Source: Promethearchaeota archaeon (GTDB lineage: Archaea; Asgardarchaeota; Lokiarchaeia; Sigyniarchaeales; SOKP01). Taken from it: a stretch of 64,000 bases of DNA. The stretch is taken from the NCBI GenBank assembly GCA_048938025.1, contig JBHLMP010000002.1:32001-96000 (forward strand). The letters are read 5' to 3'. The stretch's first letter is position 1, and each line of letters opens with the position of its first letter. A model generated the notes under the pieces. That model saw only the letters and a program-made list of their open reading frames with translations. It had not been told where the DNA came from and ran no database searches. Shown here piece by piece: positions 51,106 to 61,588 of the stretch. The position numbers and the translations under genes are program-made.

Positions 51106-53469
51106 CTACTTTAAAGCTATTTTACTTACTTGCGAGACTAACTCGGCAAATTTTTTTCCTTCTGCGGCAGAGATCCATGCAATGACAAATCTCTCATCAG
51201 AAATATTATTTTTCTTCATCCAGCTTCTAATTTTTTTTTCACGTTTTATGGCAAAATCATTTCCAGAAATATAATGACAATCTTGTGGATGACATCCTGT
51301 CAACATAACAGCTCCAGCTCCGCGTTTAAAACAATGTTTAATAAAAGAAATATCTACTCGTCCTGAACACATAGTTCTAACAATTCTCGTATTAGTTGGA
51401 TATTGGATTCGACTTGTTCCAGCCAAATCAGCTCCAGCATAGGAACACCAATTACAAGCAAAAATCAATACTTTTTCCGAAGCATTTTCACGAAGAGCTA
51501 TATCAATTTGTCTGAGGATCATTGCATCTGTAAAATTTGTCATGGTAATAGCATCTGTAGGGCAATCTGCTGCACATGTTCCACAACCTTTACATAACAC
51601 TGGAATAATTCGTGCAGGTGTTTTTTTTTCTCGATCAACACTAATAGCACCGTAAGGACAACGAGATACACAGGTTCCACAACTAGTGCACTTAAACGTA
51701 TCCACAAATGCATATAAAGGCTCTACATGGAATTCTTCTTCTGAAAGTAAATTCCCACAGCGCCCTGCTGCAGCACTAGCTTGTGTAACAGTTTCCCTAA
51801 TATCCTTTGGTGATTCTGCTCCACCAGCAATGAAAATACCATCAGTTGGGGTATCTACTGGTCGAAGTTTAGGATGTGCTTCTATATAAAATCCTTTTGA
51901 ATCCTTAGCAATAGGAAAGGGAATAGATTCTGATGAACCTTCAACTCCTATAGAAAGGACTACTAAATCAAATTCTTCAGAGAGAATTGTTCCAGTGCTT
52001 ATATTTTCAACATTAACAATAAGATTCTTAGTGATGGGATTTTCTTTAATTTGACCAGGGCGCCCTCGTATAAAAAGAACACTTTCTTCTCTTGACCGTG
52101 AATAAAGTTCCTCAAATCCTTTACCAAAAGCCCTAATATCAATAAAGAATATTGTAACCTCAACATCAGGCCAGTGTTCTTTAATTAAAAGGCTATCCTT
52201 TATACTTTCCATACAACAGAAGTTAGAACAGTATGGATTAAATCGCTTATCACGCGATCCTACACAATTAATAAAAGCAACTTTTTTTGGCTGCTTAAGA
52301 TCACTGGGACGTACAAGTTCTCCATTTGTTGGTCCTGCCGCATTAATTAACCTTTCAAATTCAAAGGTTGTTATAACGTTGGAATAATGACCCCATCCAT
52401 ATTCTGGGAGTTTAGAGGCATCAAAAAGTTCAAAACCTACTGCGATGATAATGGCTCCAACTTTATAATTAAAAGTTTTTTCGGAATCCTCATAATTTAT
52501 GGCTTCTTTTTCACATTCAGGAACACATTTTCCACAGGCTAAAGGAGAGAGACCTAAACAGCTCTTTTCATCAATAATATAACAAGCTGGTACTGCTTGT
52601 GGATATGGGATATATATTGCTTTCCTCCAACCTAAGTTGCCAGAATATTCATCAACAACATTTTCAGGGCAGATTGAGACACAATCCCCGCATGCGGTAC
52701 AGAGGTTTTCATCTACATAGCGAGGGTATTTTTTAATTGTGACCTCAAAATTACCAATGTATCCAGATATATTTATAACTTCAGCACAGGAAATTAAATT
52801 AATATTTTCATGATTACCTACATCAGCCATTTTGGGACCTAAAATACAGATCGAACAATCCATTGTTGGAAATGTTTTATCGATGAGAGCCATCCTTCCT
52901 CCAATAGTAGGTGCTTTTTCAACAAGAATAACTTCAAATTCATCAGCTAAATCTAACGCAGCTTGAATTCCTGCTACTCCTCCTCCAATGATTAAGACTC
53001 TTCGTGTAATGGGAACTATGATATCATCAATTGCTTCTAATAACTCAGCTTTTGCGATAGCCATTTCAAGAATTTCTTTAGCTTTTTTAGTCGCTTCTTC
53101 TTTCTCTGAAAGATGTACCCAGCTACATTGTTCTCGGATATTAGCTACTTCTACAAGCGAAGGATTTATTCCAACTCGGTTTAGAAGTTTTTTCCATGTT
53201 GGACCATGTAATCTCGGGGAACATGCTGCTACAACTATCTTCTCTATACCTTGCTCGTTAATTGCTGTTTCGATTTCTACTTGCCCAGGATCAGAACAAG
53301 TATATGTATTAACTTGAACAAGTTTGACTCTTGTATCTTCTTCAATTTCTTTAGCTAATTGATCAATATCAACAGTTCCACCAATATTTTTACCGCATTT
53401 ACATAGGAAAACCCCAATGTTTGGTTCACTTTCAGGTTTGTCATCACTTTCAGTCATATATTCAATCAC
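51106..53469 (-). CDS. hdrA: Heterodisulfide reductase subunit A fused to C-terminal MvhD [2Fe-2S] domain
   Basis: FLCKCGKNI, AACSP, NIREQCSW, GGGVAG, KTFPTMDCSIC, CVGSR, YCSNFCC and HPKLRP motifs. MvhD part is FACNWCSYAGAD, MCSGR, GCHPQDCHY, WISAAEG. True start may be ATG 53457. Confidence 0.92.
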   Translation of the reverse strand: MIEYMTESDDKPESEPNIGVFLCKCGKNIGGTVDIDQLAKEIEEDTRVKLVQVNTYTCSDPGQVEIETAINEQGIEKIVVAACSPRLHGPTWKKLLNRVGINPSLVEVANIREQCSWVHLSEKEEATKKAKEILEMAIAKAELLEAIDDIIVPITRRVLIIGGGVAGIQAALDLADEFEVILVEKAPTIGGRMALIDKTFPTMDCSICILGPKMADVGNHENINLISCAEVINISGYIGNFEVTIKKYPRYVDENLCTACGDCVSICPENVVDEYSGNLGWRKAIYIPYPQAVPACYIIDEKSCLGLSPLACGKCVPECEKEAINYEDSEKTFNYKVGAIIIAVGFELFDASKLPEYGWGHYSNVITTFEFERLINAAGPTNGELVRPSDLKQPKKVAFINCVGSRDKRFNPYCSNFCCMESIKDSLLIKEHWPDVEVTIFFIDIRAFGKGFEELYSRSREESVLFIRGRPGQIKENPITKNLIVNVENISTGTILSEEFDLVVLSIGVEGSSESIPFPIAKDSKGFYIEAHPKLRPVDTPTDGIFIAGGAESPKDIRETVTQASAAAGRCGNLLSEEEFHVEPLYAFVDTFKCTSCGTCVSRCPYGAISVDREKKTPARIIPVLCKGCGTCAADCPTDAITMTNFTDAMILRQIDIALRENASEKVLIFACNWCSYAGADLAGTSRIQYPTNTRIVRTMCSGRVDISFIKHCFKRGAGAVMLTGCHPQDCHYISGNDFAIKREKKIRSWMKKNNISDERFVIAWISAAEGKKFAELVSQVSKIALK

Positions 53470-54346
53470 TATCTTTAATTAATTTACCAATTTTCTTATT
53501 TTGCGCTTTAATTCGAAGTTGCTCTATGTTTTTGCTAAATCCTTCTCGCTCCTCTTCAACAAATTCCCCACATATAATAATTCCTTTCTTGAAATCAAAA
53601 GTTGCTTGATGAGGGGGCCAATCAACTTTAATCCTAATTTGCTTTTTTAACCATTCTAGCATCTCTACAGCATCGCCTAATCTATTTTTTGACCCATATT
53701 GGACAAAACAAGGAGCTAGTACTTCTATAAAACTGAATCCTTGATTGTCTATGCATTTAAAAATACTTTTTTGTAATCTAAGGGTGTCGTATCCAGGCCA
53801 TCTAGCGACATATGTAGCTCCTGCAGCTGCTGCTAGACTTACCAAATTGAAGGGAGGTTCCACATTCCCATATGGTGTTGTTGAAGTGATGTCGCCAATC
53901 TGACTTGTAGGGGCCACTTGTCCTCCAGTCATGCCATATATATTGTTATTTATACAGAGAACAGTTATCTCTACATTTCTTCTAGCAGCATGGATAAAAT
54001 GATTCCCTCCTATTGCAAAGAGATCTCCATCTCCCGACAAAACAATAACCTTTAATTTAGGATTTGCTAATTTTATACCCGTCGCAAAGGGTATAGCTCT
54101 CCCATGTGTAGTATGGAAAGCAGGTGCTTTAAAACAGCCACTAGATCGACCTGTACATCCTATGCCGGATACAATAGCATAATCTTTAGATGTGAGGCCT
54201 CTTTCTTTTAGACAGCTTGTAATTGATGTAATTACTGTTCCAATTAAACAGCCAGGACAAAAAATGAAACGATGTAAATTTAACATATCAATTAAGGGAT
54301 GACCAAGTGCTTCAGTAGGGATTGATATTTGATCTGATGGACTCAT
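53462..54346 (-). CDS. korB: 2-oxoacid:ferredoxin oxidoreductase beta subunit (canonical order)
   Basis: CPGC, SGIGC, HGRAIP, GDGD, NNNIYGMTGGQ and EVLAPC motifs. Confidence 0.92.
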   Translation of the reverse strand: MSPSDQISIPTEALGHPLIDMLNLHRFIFCPGCLIGTVITSITSCLKERGLTSKDYAIVSGIGCTGRSSGCFKAPAFHTTHGRAIPFATGIKLANPKLKVIVLSGDGDLFAIGGNHFIHAARRNVEITVLCINNNIYGMTGGQVAPTSQIGDITSTTPYGNVEPPFNLVSLAAAAGATYVARWPGYDTLRLQKSIFKCIDNQGFSFIEVLAPCFVQYGSKNRLGDAVEMLEWLKKQIRIKVDWPPHQATFDFKKGIIICGEFVEEEREGFSKNIEQLRIKAQNKKIGKLIKDSD

Positions 54347-54349
54347 ATT

Positions 54350-55495
54350 TTAAACCTCCTTCATCAATTTCTCATAAATAAATTTAGGACTAAAAGGTAT
54401 GGTAGTAGGAATTGTAATACCAGAAACCGTAAACAAATGCCGAAATCTCTGGACTTCTCTAATTATCATCCCATTGTTCATTTCACAAACAATAACCTTT
54501 GAAGCCCCCATTTGCCCAATTCTTTCCATTAATTCATCAGGAAAGGGCCATAGACTTTTTAATCGTACTAGTCCTACCTTATATCCTTTTTGGCGTGCTT
54601 GCTCAACGACTTCTGGTACCCCTCTTGCATTAATTCCATAAGCTAAGATAACGATATTAGCATCATCTAAATGCTTTTCCTCCCAATCATTAATTTGAGG
54701 TCTTGCTTTCCTAATTTTTTCACAAAGCCGCTTAATGAGAACTTCTGCCGCCTCCGGCGTCATTTCTGGATTACCCTCTATATCATGAGTTAAACCTGTG
54801 ACATAAAAAGAATAGTTGGTTCCTGCAATTGCCATTCCAGGTACAAGATCATCATCAAAAGCTTCAAAAGGTTTATATTTCTCAGGTGGAACTTGGGGTT
54901 TCTTACGCTCTACCAATTCAATATTTGAATGTATATTAACAACTTCCATCATTTGTCCTAAAATTCCGTCTGAAGCGACAACTACCGGTATACGATATTT
55001 CTCAGATAAATTAAATGCACGTATGGTTAAATCGTACATTTCTTGAACTGTAGATGGAGCTAAAACAATTATTTCATAATCTCCATGAGAAGCATATCTC
55101 GTTTGATATATATCAGACTGAGATGCATTTGTAGGTTGTCCTGTACTAGGACCTCCTCTCATTATGGTGACGATAACTGCTGGTGCTTCTAACATCACGC
55201 CCAAACCTATACTTTCAGCCATAAGTGAAAAACCTGGTCCTGAAGTTGCTGTCATAGCTTTCATTCCAGCATAAGAAGCTCCAAAACAGCTTGTGATTGA
55301 AGCCAACTCATCTTCCATTTGAACAAATGTTCCATTAACTTGAGGAAGACGTCTTGACATATAAGCAGCAATTTCTGAGGATGGTGTGATAGGATACCCC
55401 GCAAAATATAAACATCCTGCGGTAATCGCACCTTCTGCACATGCATAATTTCCAGTAGTTAATATTCTCTTTTCTTGGAAGCTTGTCTTACTCAT
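54350..55495 (-). CDS. korA: 2-oxoacid:ferredoxin oxidoreductase alpha subunit
   Basis: GYPITPSSE, QMEDE, TATSGPGFSLM, RGGPSTG and EMN motifs. Confidence 0.93.
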   Translation of the reverse strand: MSKTSFQEKRILTTGNYACAEGAITAGCLYFAGYPITPSSEIAAYMSRRLPQVNGTFVQMEDELASITSCFGASYAGMKAMTATSGPGFSLMAESIGLGVMLEAPAVIVTIMRGGPSTGQPTNASQSDIYQTRYASHGDYEIIVLAPSTVQEMYDLTIRAFNLSEKYRIPVVVASDGILGQMMEVVNIHSNIELVERKKPQVPPEKYKPFEAFDDDLVPGMAIAGTNYSFYVTGLTHDIEGNPEMTPEAAEVLIKRLCEKIRKARPQINDWEEKHLDDANIVILAYGINARGVPEVVEQARQKGYKVGLVRLKSLWPFPDELMERIGQMGASKVIVCEMNNGMIIREVQRFRHLFTVSGITIPTTIPFSPKFIYEKLMKEV

Positions 55496-55775
55496 TGTTT
55501 ATAACCTCCTTAATTTCTGTTTCCAAAATATATAATGAAACTGTAGGACATAACCGTTCACATTGTCTACATCCTGCACACTCTTCAGATTTAACCACGA
55601 TTGCATAGTGGAGCATGCGACTATTGAACTTATCTTCACTTATTTCGATTATATCTTTTGGACAAAATGTCAAACATAATTCGCAACCATCGCATTGTTC
55701 AGAATCTATTAATATTTCATATTTTTTCTCAGGGGAAGGAGGTGGTAAAATGGGAGTTCGTTTAGACTTTAACAT
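55488..55775 (-). CDS. korD: 2x[4Fe-4S] ferredoxin (delta subunit)
   Basis: CDGCELCLTFCP and CAGCRQCERLCP. Confidence 0.88.
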   Translation of the reverse strand: MLKSKRTPILPPPSPEKKYEILIDSEQCDGCELCLTFCPKDIIEISEDKFNSRMLHYAIVVKSEECAGCRQCERLCPTVSLYILETEIKEVINNE

Positions 55776-55965
55776 TTTTTAATCCTCTAGTATACATACA
55801 CTTCTGACTATATTTTTTTCTCTTATGCTTTAAAATAATAGTTACTCTTTTAAATTTGCTTTTTCATAGTATAAGTAATTCATTAAATAGCGCTTTCTTT
55901 TATGAAATTACCTTGACGAGAAATAAAAAGTTAAATCTAATAAGGTTTTATTAAAGAAATACAAT

Positions 55966-56538
55966 TTATTGGGATTTATTTACATATTCCTTATAGAGAG
56001 CTTGGCCAAGTTGATAACTTTGAATATTGATGGCTCTAAACCGTTCTGGCATACTATTTAAAACTTGGTCATAATACTTTTCTTTTAAATCAATTTTTCC
56101 ATTCTCTTTAAGATATTGAGAGAGGAATCCTAAACAAAGAATATTCGCGCTCTTAGGCATTTTATTTTCATCAGCTCGTCTTGTAATTGGAACACGGTGG
56201 ATTTTACCTTTCTGGATGATTTCTTCGGCATTAGCAATTGTATGTTCATCGATAAAGGAGACTGTTTTTTCATATATACATTCAGAGGCGCGTTCGAATC
56301 CTTTTTGATCTATGGCAATAAATATGTCTGCATCTTTATCGCAGAATGGGTATGATATGGGAGCAGAGTCTAGAATAACATCACAAAAAATAGGACCACC
56401 TCTAACTGAAGGTGTATAGTCAACTGTGAGTGTCACATAATAATTAGCAGCCATTGCAACTCGAACTAATACACTTCCTAAAAATTTGATACCTTGGCCT
56501 CCTCTACCAGAAAATCTTATTTTTAATTTTTCATTCAT
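55966..56538 (-). CDS. korC: 2-oxoacid:ferredoxin oxidoreductase gamma subunit
   Basis: IRFSGRGGQG, YTPSVRGG and NILCLG motifs. Confidence 0.88.
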   Translation of the reverse strand: MNEKLKIRFSGRGGQGIKFLGSVLVRVAMAANYYVTLTVDYTPSVRGGPIFCDVILDSAPISYPFCDKDADIFIAIDQKGFERASECIYEKTVSFIDEHTIANAEEIIQKGKIHRVPITRRADENKMPKSANILCLGFLSQYLKENGKIDLKEKYYDQVLNSMPERFRAINIQSYQLGQALYKEYVNKSQ

Positions 56539-56787
56539 AGAGAATATAAAAATATTTGCTACCTATTATTTTAATTTAGTTTATCATATTTTTAAAATAT
56601 TATAATAAAGAGAAAATGAAATTCAATAATATTTAAAACAATTACTAATTTTCACCAACCTTAGGATGATTCTAATATCTTAAAAATAATTTATTTATAT
56701 GTATTTATCATTCACATATTAGATAAAGAATTGATTAAAATTTTAGTCTTTTAGAATTTATTTATAATCAAATAGGTAAATAACATA

Positions 56788-57981
56788 ATGAAATTTATTG
56801 TATTTTTTGAGTTTCAACTAGATAGGCTAGAAGAACTTCTTGAAATTTGGTCAAGAGAGAATCAAACTGAAAATAATTTAGAAATCCTCTATCCTTTTCA
56901 AATTTTAGCCGAAACTTATAAGGGAATCACTGGTTTTGTAATATTCAAGTCTGAGAACATATTTAGTCCCAAAATTAGAAAATATCTATTAAAATACACT
57001 CATGAAGGTGTAACCATAAAACTTATCCCTATCTGGGAAAACACCAAAATCAAAAAAGAACTTAAGATCTTTAGGGAAGCGAAACAAAAAGCAGAACAGC
57101 AATGGGATAGATCTAAATACCAAAAGATTAAGAATCTTGGATCTACAAAAACTGTTGAAATTCTTCCACTTATAGATTGGCATTCAAATCGAGAGGATTT
57201 GAAGGTTGAACTTGGAGTTTCTTATCTAATTAAAACTGATGAAGATTCAATTCTGTTTGATGTTGGATTAAATTCAGTTCAAAGAGATCCATCACCATTA
57301 CTAATTAATATGAACCAATTGGGAATCTCGATAGAGGATTTTAATATCATTGTTATTTCTCATAACCATAGAGATCATGTTGGTGGAGGTAAATGGGTTA
57401 AAAATAAGACGTTTTCACTCACTGCTAATCAAATAGATCTTAGTGATAAGAAGGTGTATACTCCAATTCCAATGACGTATCCTGGATTGAACCCTGTTTG
57501 CTCAGATGAACCAATGATCCTTGCCAAAGGAGTTGCAACTATAGGAACAATATCCAATTCCTTGTTTTTATTTGGTCTAGAAAAAGAACAAGCATTAGCT
57601 ATAAATGTTGAAGGAAAGGGGATAGTAATAGTAGTAGGATGTGGTCATCAAACACTACCCAAAATAATTGAACGAACTGAAGCGTTATTTGATGAACCTA
57701 TTTATGGTCTTATAGGTGGACTTCATTATCCAGTCAACGGTGGACCTATCGGGATAATGGGATGGTTTCCTCACAAGATGTTAGGAACTGGGAAACTCCC
57801 ATGGAACCCAATCACAAAAGAAGAATTACAAGAAAATATTGAATTTTTAAAGAAGAGAAATCCTAAGATAGTTGCCCTTTCTGCTCATGATAGCAGTGAA
57901 GTAAGTTTAAAAGCATTCCATAATGCATTTCCAAACGCTATTAGAGATATCAATGTAGGAGAGAGAATAATCATTAAGTAG
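56788..57981 (+). CDS. MBL-fold metallo-hydrolase with an extra N-terminal domain of about 100 aa
   Basis: LFDVG, SHNHRDHVGG, GCGH, GGLH and AHDS motifs. Confidence 0.8.
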   Translation: MKFIVFFEFQLDRLEELLEIWSRENQTENNLEILYPFQILAETYKGITGFVIFKSENIFSPKIRKYLLKYTHEGVTIKLIPIWENTKIKKELKIFREAKQKAEQQWDRSKYQKIKNLGSTKTVEILPLIDWHSNREDLKVELGVSYLIKTDEDSILFDVGLNSVQRDPSPLLINMNQLGISIEDFNIIVISHNHRDHVGGGKWVKNKTFSLTANQIDLSDKKVYTPIPMTYPGLNPVCSDEPMILAKGVATIGTISNSLFLFGLEKEQALAINVEGKGIVIVVGCGHQTLPKIIERTEALFDEPIYGLIGGLHYPVNGGPIGIMGWFPHKMLGTGKLPWNPITKEELQENIEFLKKRNPKIVALSAHDSSEVSLKAFHNAFPNAIRDINVGERIIIK

Positions 57982-58327
57982 GTTCAAATACATAAGCATT
58001 TACTTCCTTTCCATCTAAATTTTCACAAATTTTTCTATATACAGGCTTTAATTTCATACCAACTTCTAAATTATCCTGAGTGGTAATTTGGCCCATTGCT
58101 TTTATTCCATTTTCAAATTCTACAACTCCAATTGCATAAGATGGTTTATCTCGAAATTCTATTGGAGGTGCAGTTAAAATAGTAAATGTAATTAATGTGC
58201 ATTCTCCTGAAGCTTCTATTAATGTAAATTTATCATTCTTACATTTTAAACATCTCAAATGAGCCTTATGCTGTAAAAATCCACAATTATTACACTTTTT
58301 CCATCTAATTTTAATTTCACCAGTCAT
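57974..58327 (-). CDS. DUF35 (Zn-ribbon + OB-fold) acyl-CoA-binding protein
   Basis: CNNCG...CLKC, then PP.EF, GVVEFENG and VGMKLKPV. Confidence 0.85.
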   Translation of the reverse strand: MTGEIKIRWKKCNNCGFLQHKAHLRCLKCKNDKFTLIEASGECTLITFTILTAPPIEFRDKPSYAIGVVEFENGIKAMGQITTQDNLEVGMKLKPVYRKICENLDGKEVNAYVFEPT

Positions 58328-58367
58328 AAATCTCTTATTGGTTCAAACTTAATCCTTAAAATAAGTT

Positions 58368-60209
58368 TTATTCTTTCAATAACCATTGATCTGTGGTAAG
58401 AAAGCTCTCCATAATTAGATCTTTGAGATCAGGATTTTCTTTCAGTTGAACAGTATGAAAATTTTGTAAAAACTTATTAAAAATTTGCCATATAGAAGAA
58501 TCACGTTCAATGTGGTCTGTAAAATACCCCAGCTTCTGTTTTGCGAAATATGATTGTCCTTTAAATAGATAACAAACTAGGAAATTCTCTACAGGGTTTA
58601 TGAGAATCGTATGGTGACCAAATTTAGCACGATCAAGCCCTTCTGAGAAAACTTCTTTACTAATTGAATCGAATGAAGTTAAAAAACCACTAAGGAGATC
58701 ATCTGAAAAGTCCCAATCTTTAGAAAAAGTGTGAGAAAATGCCGGTACTCCTCCTTCGGACATGACTAAAAGTAATAAAGGGTCCTCTTCAGATAATTTG
58801 GGGATTTCTACTGTACGTTTTTGTATCATTCTTTTCATTTCAGCTTCGATTTTGGTTAAATTCAATCGTTCGCCTATAGGGGAATCTGATTTTTTTAATT
58901 TTTCCCATAAATCCATTTGTTTTAATAGTTCGTCATGTTCATTTGAAATTTTCATAGATAATCGGTTAAGTCCGTATTTTTCGGCTATATGTTGAGCTTC
59001 AGATAATAATTGTCTAGCATTTTTAATATTAAAAGTAAGTAATGCAAGTCTGGCTTGTAAGAGTTTCGTTTCAGCAATTAAGGGATATGAGTTGTTTTTT
59101 TCAGCAATATCCAATAGTCGAGAAAAATAGGGTTGCATCTCTTTTAATATCTCAAGATCATTAGTATTACGGAGATCCATTAAGAGTAAATCACAAAGAT
59201 TGAGCAAAGCATCAATATGAGCTTCGTATAAAACAACATCCTCCTCTACTGCTTTTCTCAATATCTTTTCAGCCTCGGAAAGATTACTAGCACGAGGATT
59301 TGCCTTCAATAATAAAGCTTTATTTATTAAATAGTCTAATTTGATAATTTCATACTCTTCTTGGTCTTTAAGCTCCTTCATTTGACTTAAATAATTTTGT
59401 GCTAACTTAAGATCACCTTTATCAAGGGCTACATGAAAAAGTGAATCGAGGATTATATGAATTTTAGGACTATTTATCTCCTTACAAAGAGCATAACTCT
59501 GATTTATACTTTTAAAAGCATCATCTAATTTACCTTGCATTCTATATACCCACCCTAAATTATTGAGAGCTATAATCGTATTCTGTTTATCATTAATCTC
59601 CTTAGCGACGGCTAATGCCTGGCTATGATATTTGATTGCAAGGTCTATATTACCTTTTATTCCATAGTAGGTACCAGTATTAAGTGTAAATTGCATTATT
59701 AATTTTTTATCATTTATTAGTTTAACAAGTTCTAGACCTTCTTCCAAACATTTTTTAATAAGCTCTAAATTTCCCCTCGCAAAAAATATACCTCCTTTTA
59801 TTAAAAACAAAGAGGCATGTTTTTTCTGAATTTCTGCAATAGGTTTTGGAAATTGGGCACTGATTATTTCTTCAGCTTTACTAATCTCGTCAAGAGCGTC
59901 TTCTAATTTGCCAAGTCGCCAATAAACCCAAGCGATGAGATTTAAAGCATCAATTGATTTATCATAAAATTGTAATTTTTCACTCTGCTCTAACACTCTT
60001 TCTGCAAGGTTTTGTGCGTCTTTTAATTGTCCAAGAGCTAATAACAAAGAACTTTTTAGAATGTGTAAAGAGAGTAAATCTTCTTCAGTAAAACTTTCTT
60101 CTTTTTCTAAATTAGTTACAATTTGAAGAGCTTCTTCAAACTTACCAGCATTTTTAAGTTCTTCTGCTTGCTTTAATTCTTTTGATTTTAACTTAAACAT
60201 AAAATTCAA
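58368..60209 (-). CDS. TPR-repeat protein with C-terminal longin/roadblock-like domain
   Basis: TPR-like repeats (ALNNLGWVYRMQGKLDDA). C-terminus is LLVMSEGGVPAFSHTF...DDLLSGFLTSF..ISKEVF. Confidence 0.72.
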   Translation of the reverse strand: MNFMFKLKSKELKQAEELKNAGKFEEALQIVTNLEKEESFTEEDLLSLHILKSSLLLALGQLKDAQNLAERVLEQSEKLQFYDKSIDALNLIAWVYWRLGKLEDALDEISKAEEIISAQFPKPIAEIQKKHASLFLIKGGIFFARGNLELIKKCLEEGLELVKLINDKKLIMQFTLNTGTYYGIKGNIDLAIKYHSQALAVAKEINDKQNTIIALNNLGWVYRMQGKLDDAFKSINQSYALCKEINSPKIHIILDSLFHVALDKGDLKLAQNYLSQMKELKDQEEYEIIKLDYLINKALLLKANPRASNLSEAEKILRKAVEEDVVLYEAHIDALLNLCDLLLMDLRNTNDLEILKEMQPYFSRLLDIAEKNNSYPLIAETKLLQARLALLTFNIKNARQLLSEAQHIAEKYGLNRLSMKISNEHDELLKQMDLWEKLKKSDSPIGERLNLTKIEAEMKRMIQKRTVEIPKLSEEDPLLLLVMSEGGVPAFSHTFSKDWDFSDDLLSGFLTSFDSISKEVFSEGLDRAKFGHHTILINPVENFLVCYLFKGQSYFAKQKLGYFTDHIERDSSIWQIFNKFLQNFHTVQLKENPDLKDLIMESFLTTDQWLLKE

Positions 60210-60274
60210 TTAAAAAAAGAAGTTACATTTACTTAAAAGCCTTTTTAATCTGATCCTTTTTGAGTTGAAGATAA

Positions 60275-60829
60275 TTACTTATATTTATTATATAATAAAT
60301 CTATGATTGCGTTAAATGCGTTTATGACTCCTTGTCCAGTTTTTGCAGAGGTTATATAATATCCAATAAAATTTTGCTTATCCACAATTTCTTGGATTTC
60401 AGAATGATCTATACTATTCTCATCTATTAAATCAACTTTGTTAGCAAACATAACTACTGGAATATTTCCGCAAAATTGATTAATATCTGAATACCAATCA
60501 GGAATATGAGCAAAACTATCTTTACCAAGGTCATTTTCTTCTAAACTATACACAATTATGGCTGCTACACTATTTTTAAAAAAAGAAGGGCGTAAAAAAT
60601 TGAAACTATCCTGACCAGCTATATCCCAGAATAATAACCTAATTTTATCTTCCTTTATGACCTTATCATATACAGAGAATTGGGCTCCTATAGTCTTGAT
60701 ATAATCCTCCTGAAAAGAACCTTTTGTAAACTTTTGTATTAAGGATGTTTTCCCTACTTGGCCATCTCCTATGACTGTAATCTTAAATCGAAACTTTTCT
60801 ACTATTTCATTCATTTTTGATATATGCAC
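60275..60829 (-). CDS. Rab-like small GTPase
   Basis: GDGQVGKT, TIGAQF, WDIAGQ, NKVD and TSAKTG motifs. Confidence 0.92.
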   Translation of the reverse strand: MHISKMNEIVEKFRFKITVIGDGQVGKTSLIQKFTKGSFQEDYIKTIGAQFSVYDKVIKEDKIRLLFWDIAGQDSFNFLRPSFFKNSVAAIIVYSLEENDLGKDSFAHIPDWYSDINQFCGNIPVVMFANKVDLIDENSIDHSEIQEIVDKQNFIGYYITSAKTGQGVINAFNAIIDLLYNKYK

Positions 60830-60949
60830 TATTAACCAAAACTTGATTAATGTAAGATTGAATTTTTCCTTATATAAAATTTTAGTTTATTGTATTAGAA
60901 ATCAATAAATTAAAAATTAAAAAATGAAAAAAATAAAAAAAAAAATTAA

Positions 60950-61147
60950 TTATTCCTTTTTAGCAAACTTAGACAAATAATGCCAAATCTTGCCATTGGT
61001 TCCATAAGAATATGTTGATACTTTAATAATAGCTTTCTTTGAATTTTCTTTTGTACTATTATTAAATCTGAAATCAGATAAATTGTCTAAAATTACTTCC
61101 TTATTTTGCTTTAAATCGGGGATTACCATCCTCTTACTCTCTGTCAG
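60950..61147 (-). CDS. Small hypothetical protein (65 aa from CTG, or 59 aa from ATG 61129)
   Basis: Strong SD GGAGGTGG just upstream of the CTG. Translation (M)TESKRMVIPDLK...YGTNGKIWHYLSKFAKKE. Not in the ORF track. Confidence 0.6.
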   Translation of the reverse strand: MTESKRMVIPDLKQNKEVILDNLSDFRFNNSTKENSKKAIIKVSTYSYGTNGKIWHYLSKFAKKE

Positions 61148-61171
61148 ATTTAACCACCTCCTTTAATATTA

Positions 61172-61588
61172 TTAAATAATTGTTTTTAATCCTTGAAAGA
61201 ATTTTTCAGGAGAAATTCCATACAATAACGCTTTATGAAGTAACTCTAGCTTTATTTCAGCAGCACTAAAAGAATTTTCTCTATACTTTGATTTTTCTTT
61301 TAATTCCTTTAGAATTATATATAGTATATATTCAGGTTTCTTATATTTACCAAAATATCCACCAAAAGCAGTGAAAAGATTTACCATTAACTCAATATCA
61401 TTTGTAGAAAATTTTTTCAAACATGATTCGCAGATAACTCTTGTATAAACTCCTGAATGGTAGATTGAAGCCCTATTTTTAATTTCGGTACTACAAATAC
61501 CACAATTCATCGAGCTATTAATTATATTAGGTTTTTTTCCAATAATTTGTGCCATTTTATGTATCCACCACCTTTTAAATTTACTCAT
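61172..61588 (-). CDS. Hypothetical protein with CxxC...CxxC zinc finger
   Basis: CGIC...CESC, followed by FTAFGGYFG. Overlaps the upstream gene's stop (ATGA). Confidence 0.7.
   Translation of the reverse strand: MSKFKRWWIHKMAQIIGKKPNIINSSMNCGICSTEIKNRASIYHSGVYTRVICESCLKKFSTNDIELMVNLFTAFGGYFGKYKKPEYILYIILKELKEKSKYRENSFSAAEIKLELLHKALLYGISPEKFFQGLKTII

Noticed and set aside
51106-53469. Selenocysteine in HdrA/MvhD
   Set aside because: The ORF is uninterrupted with Cys at the motif positions, and there is no in-frame TGA.
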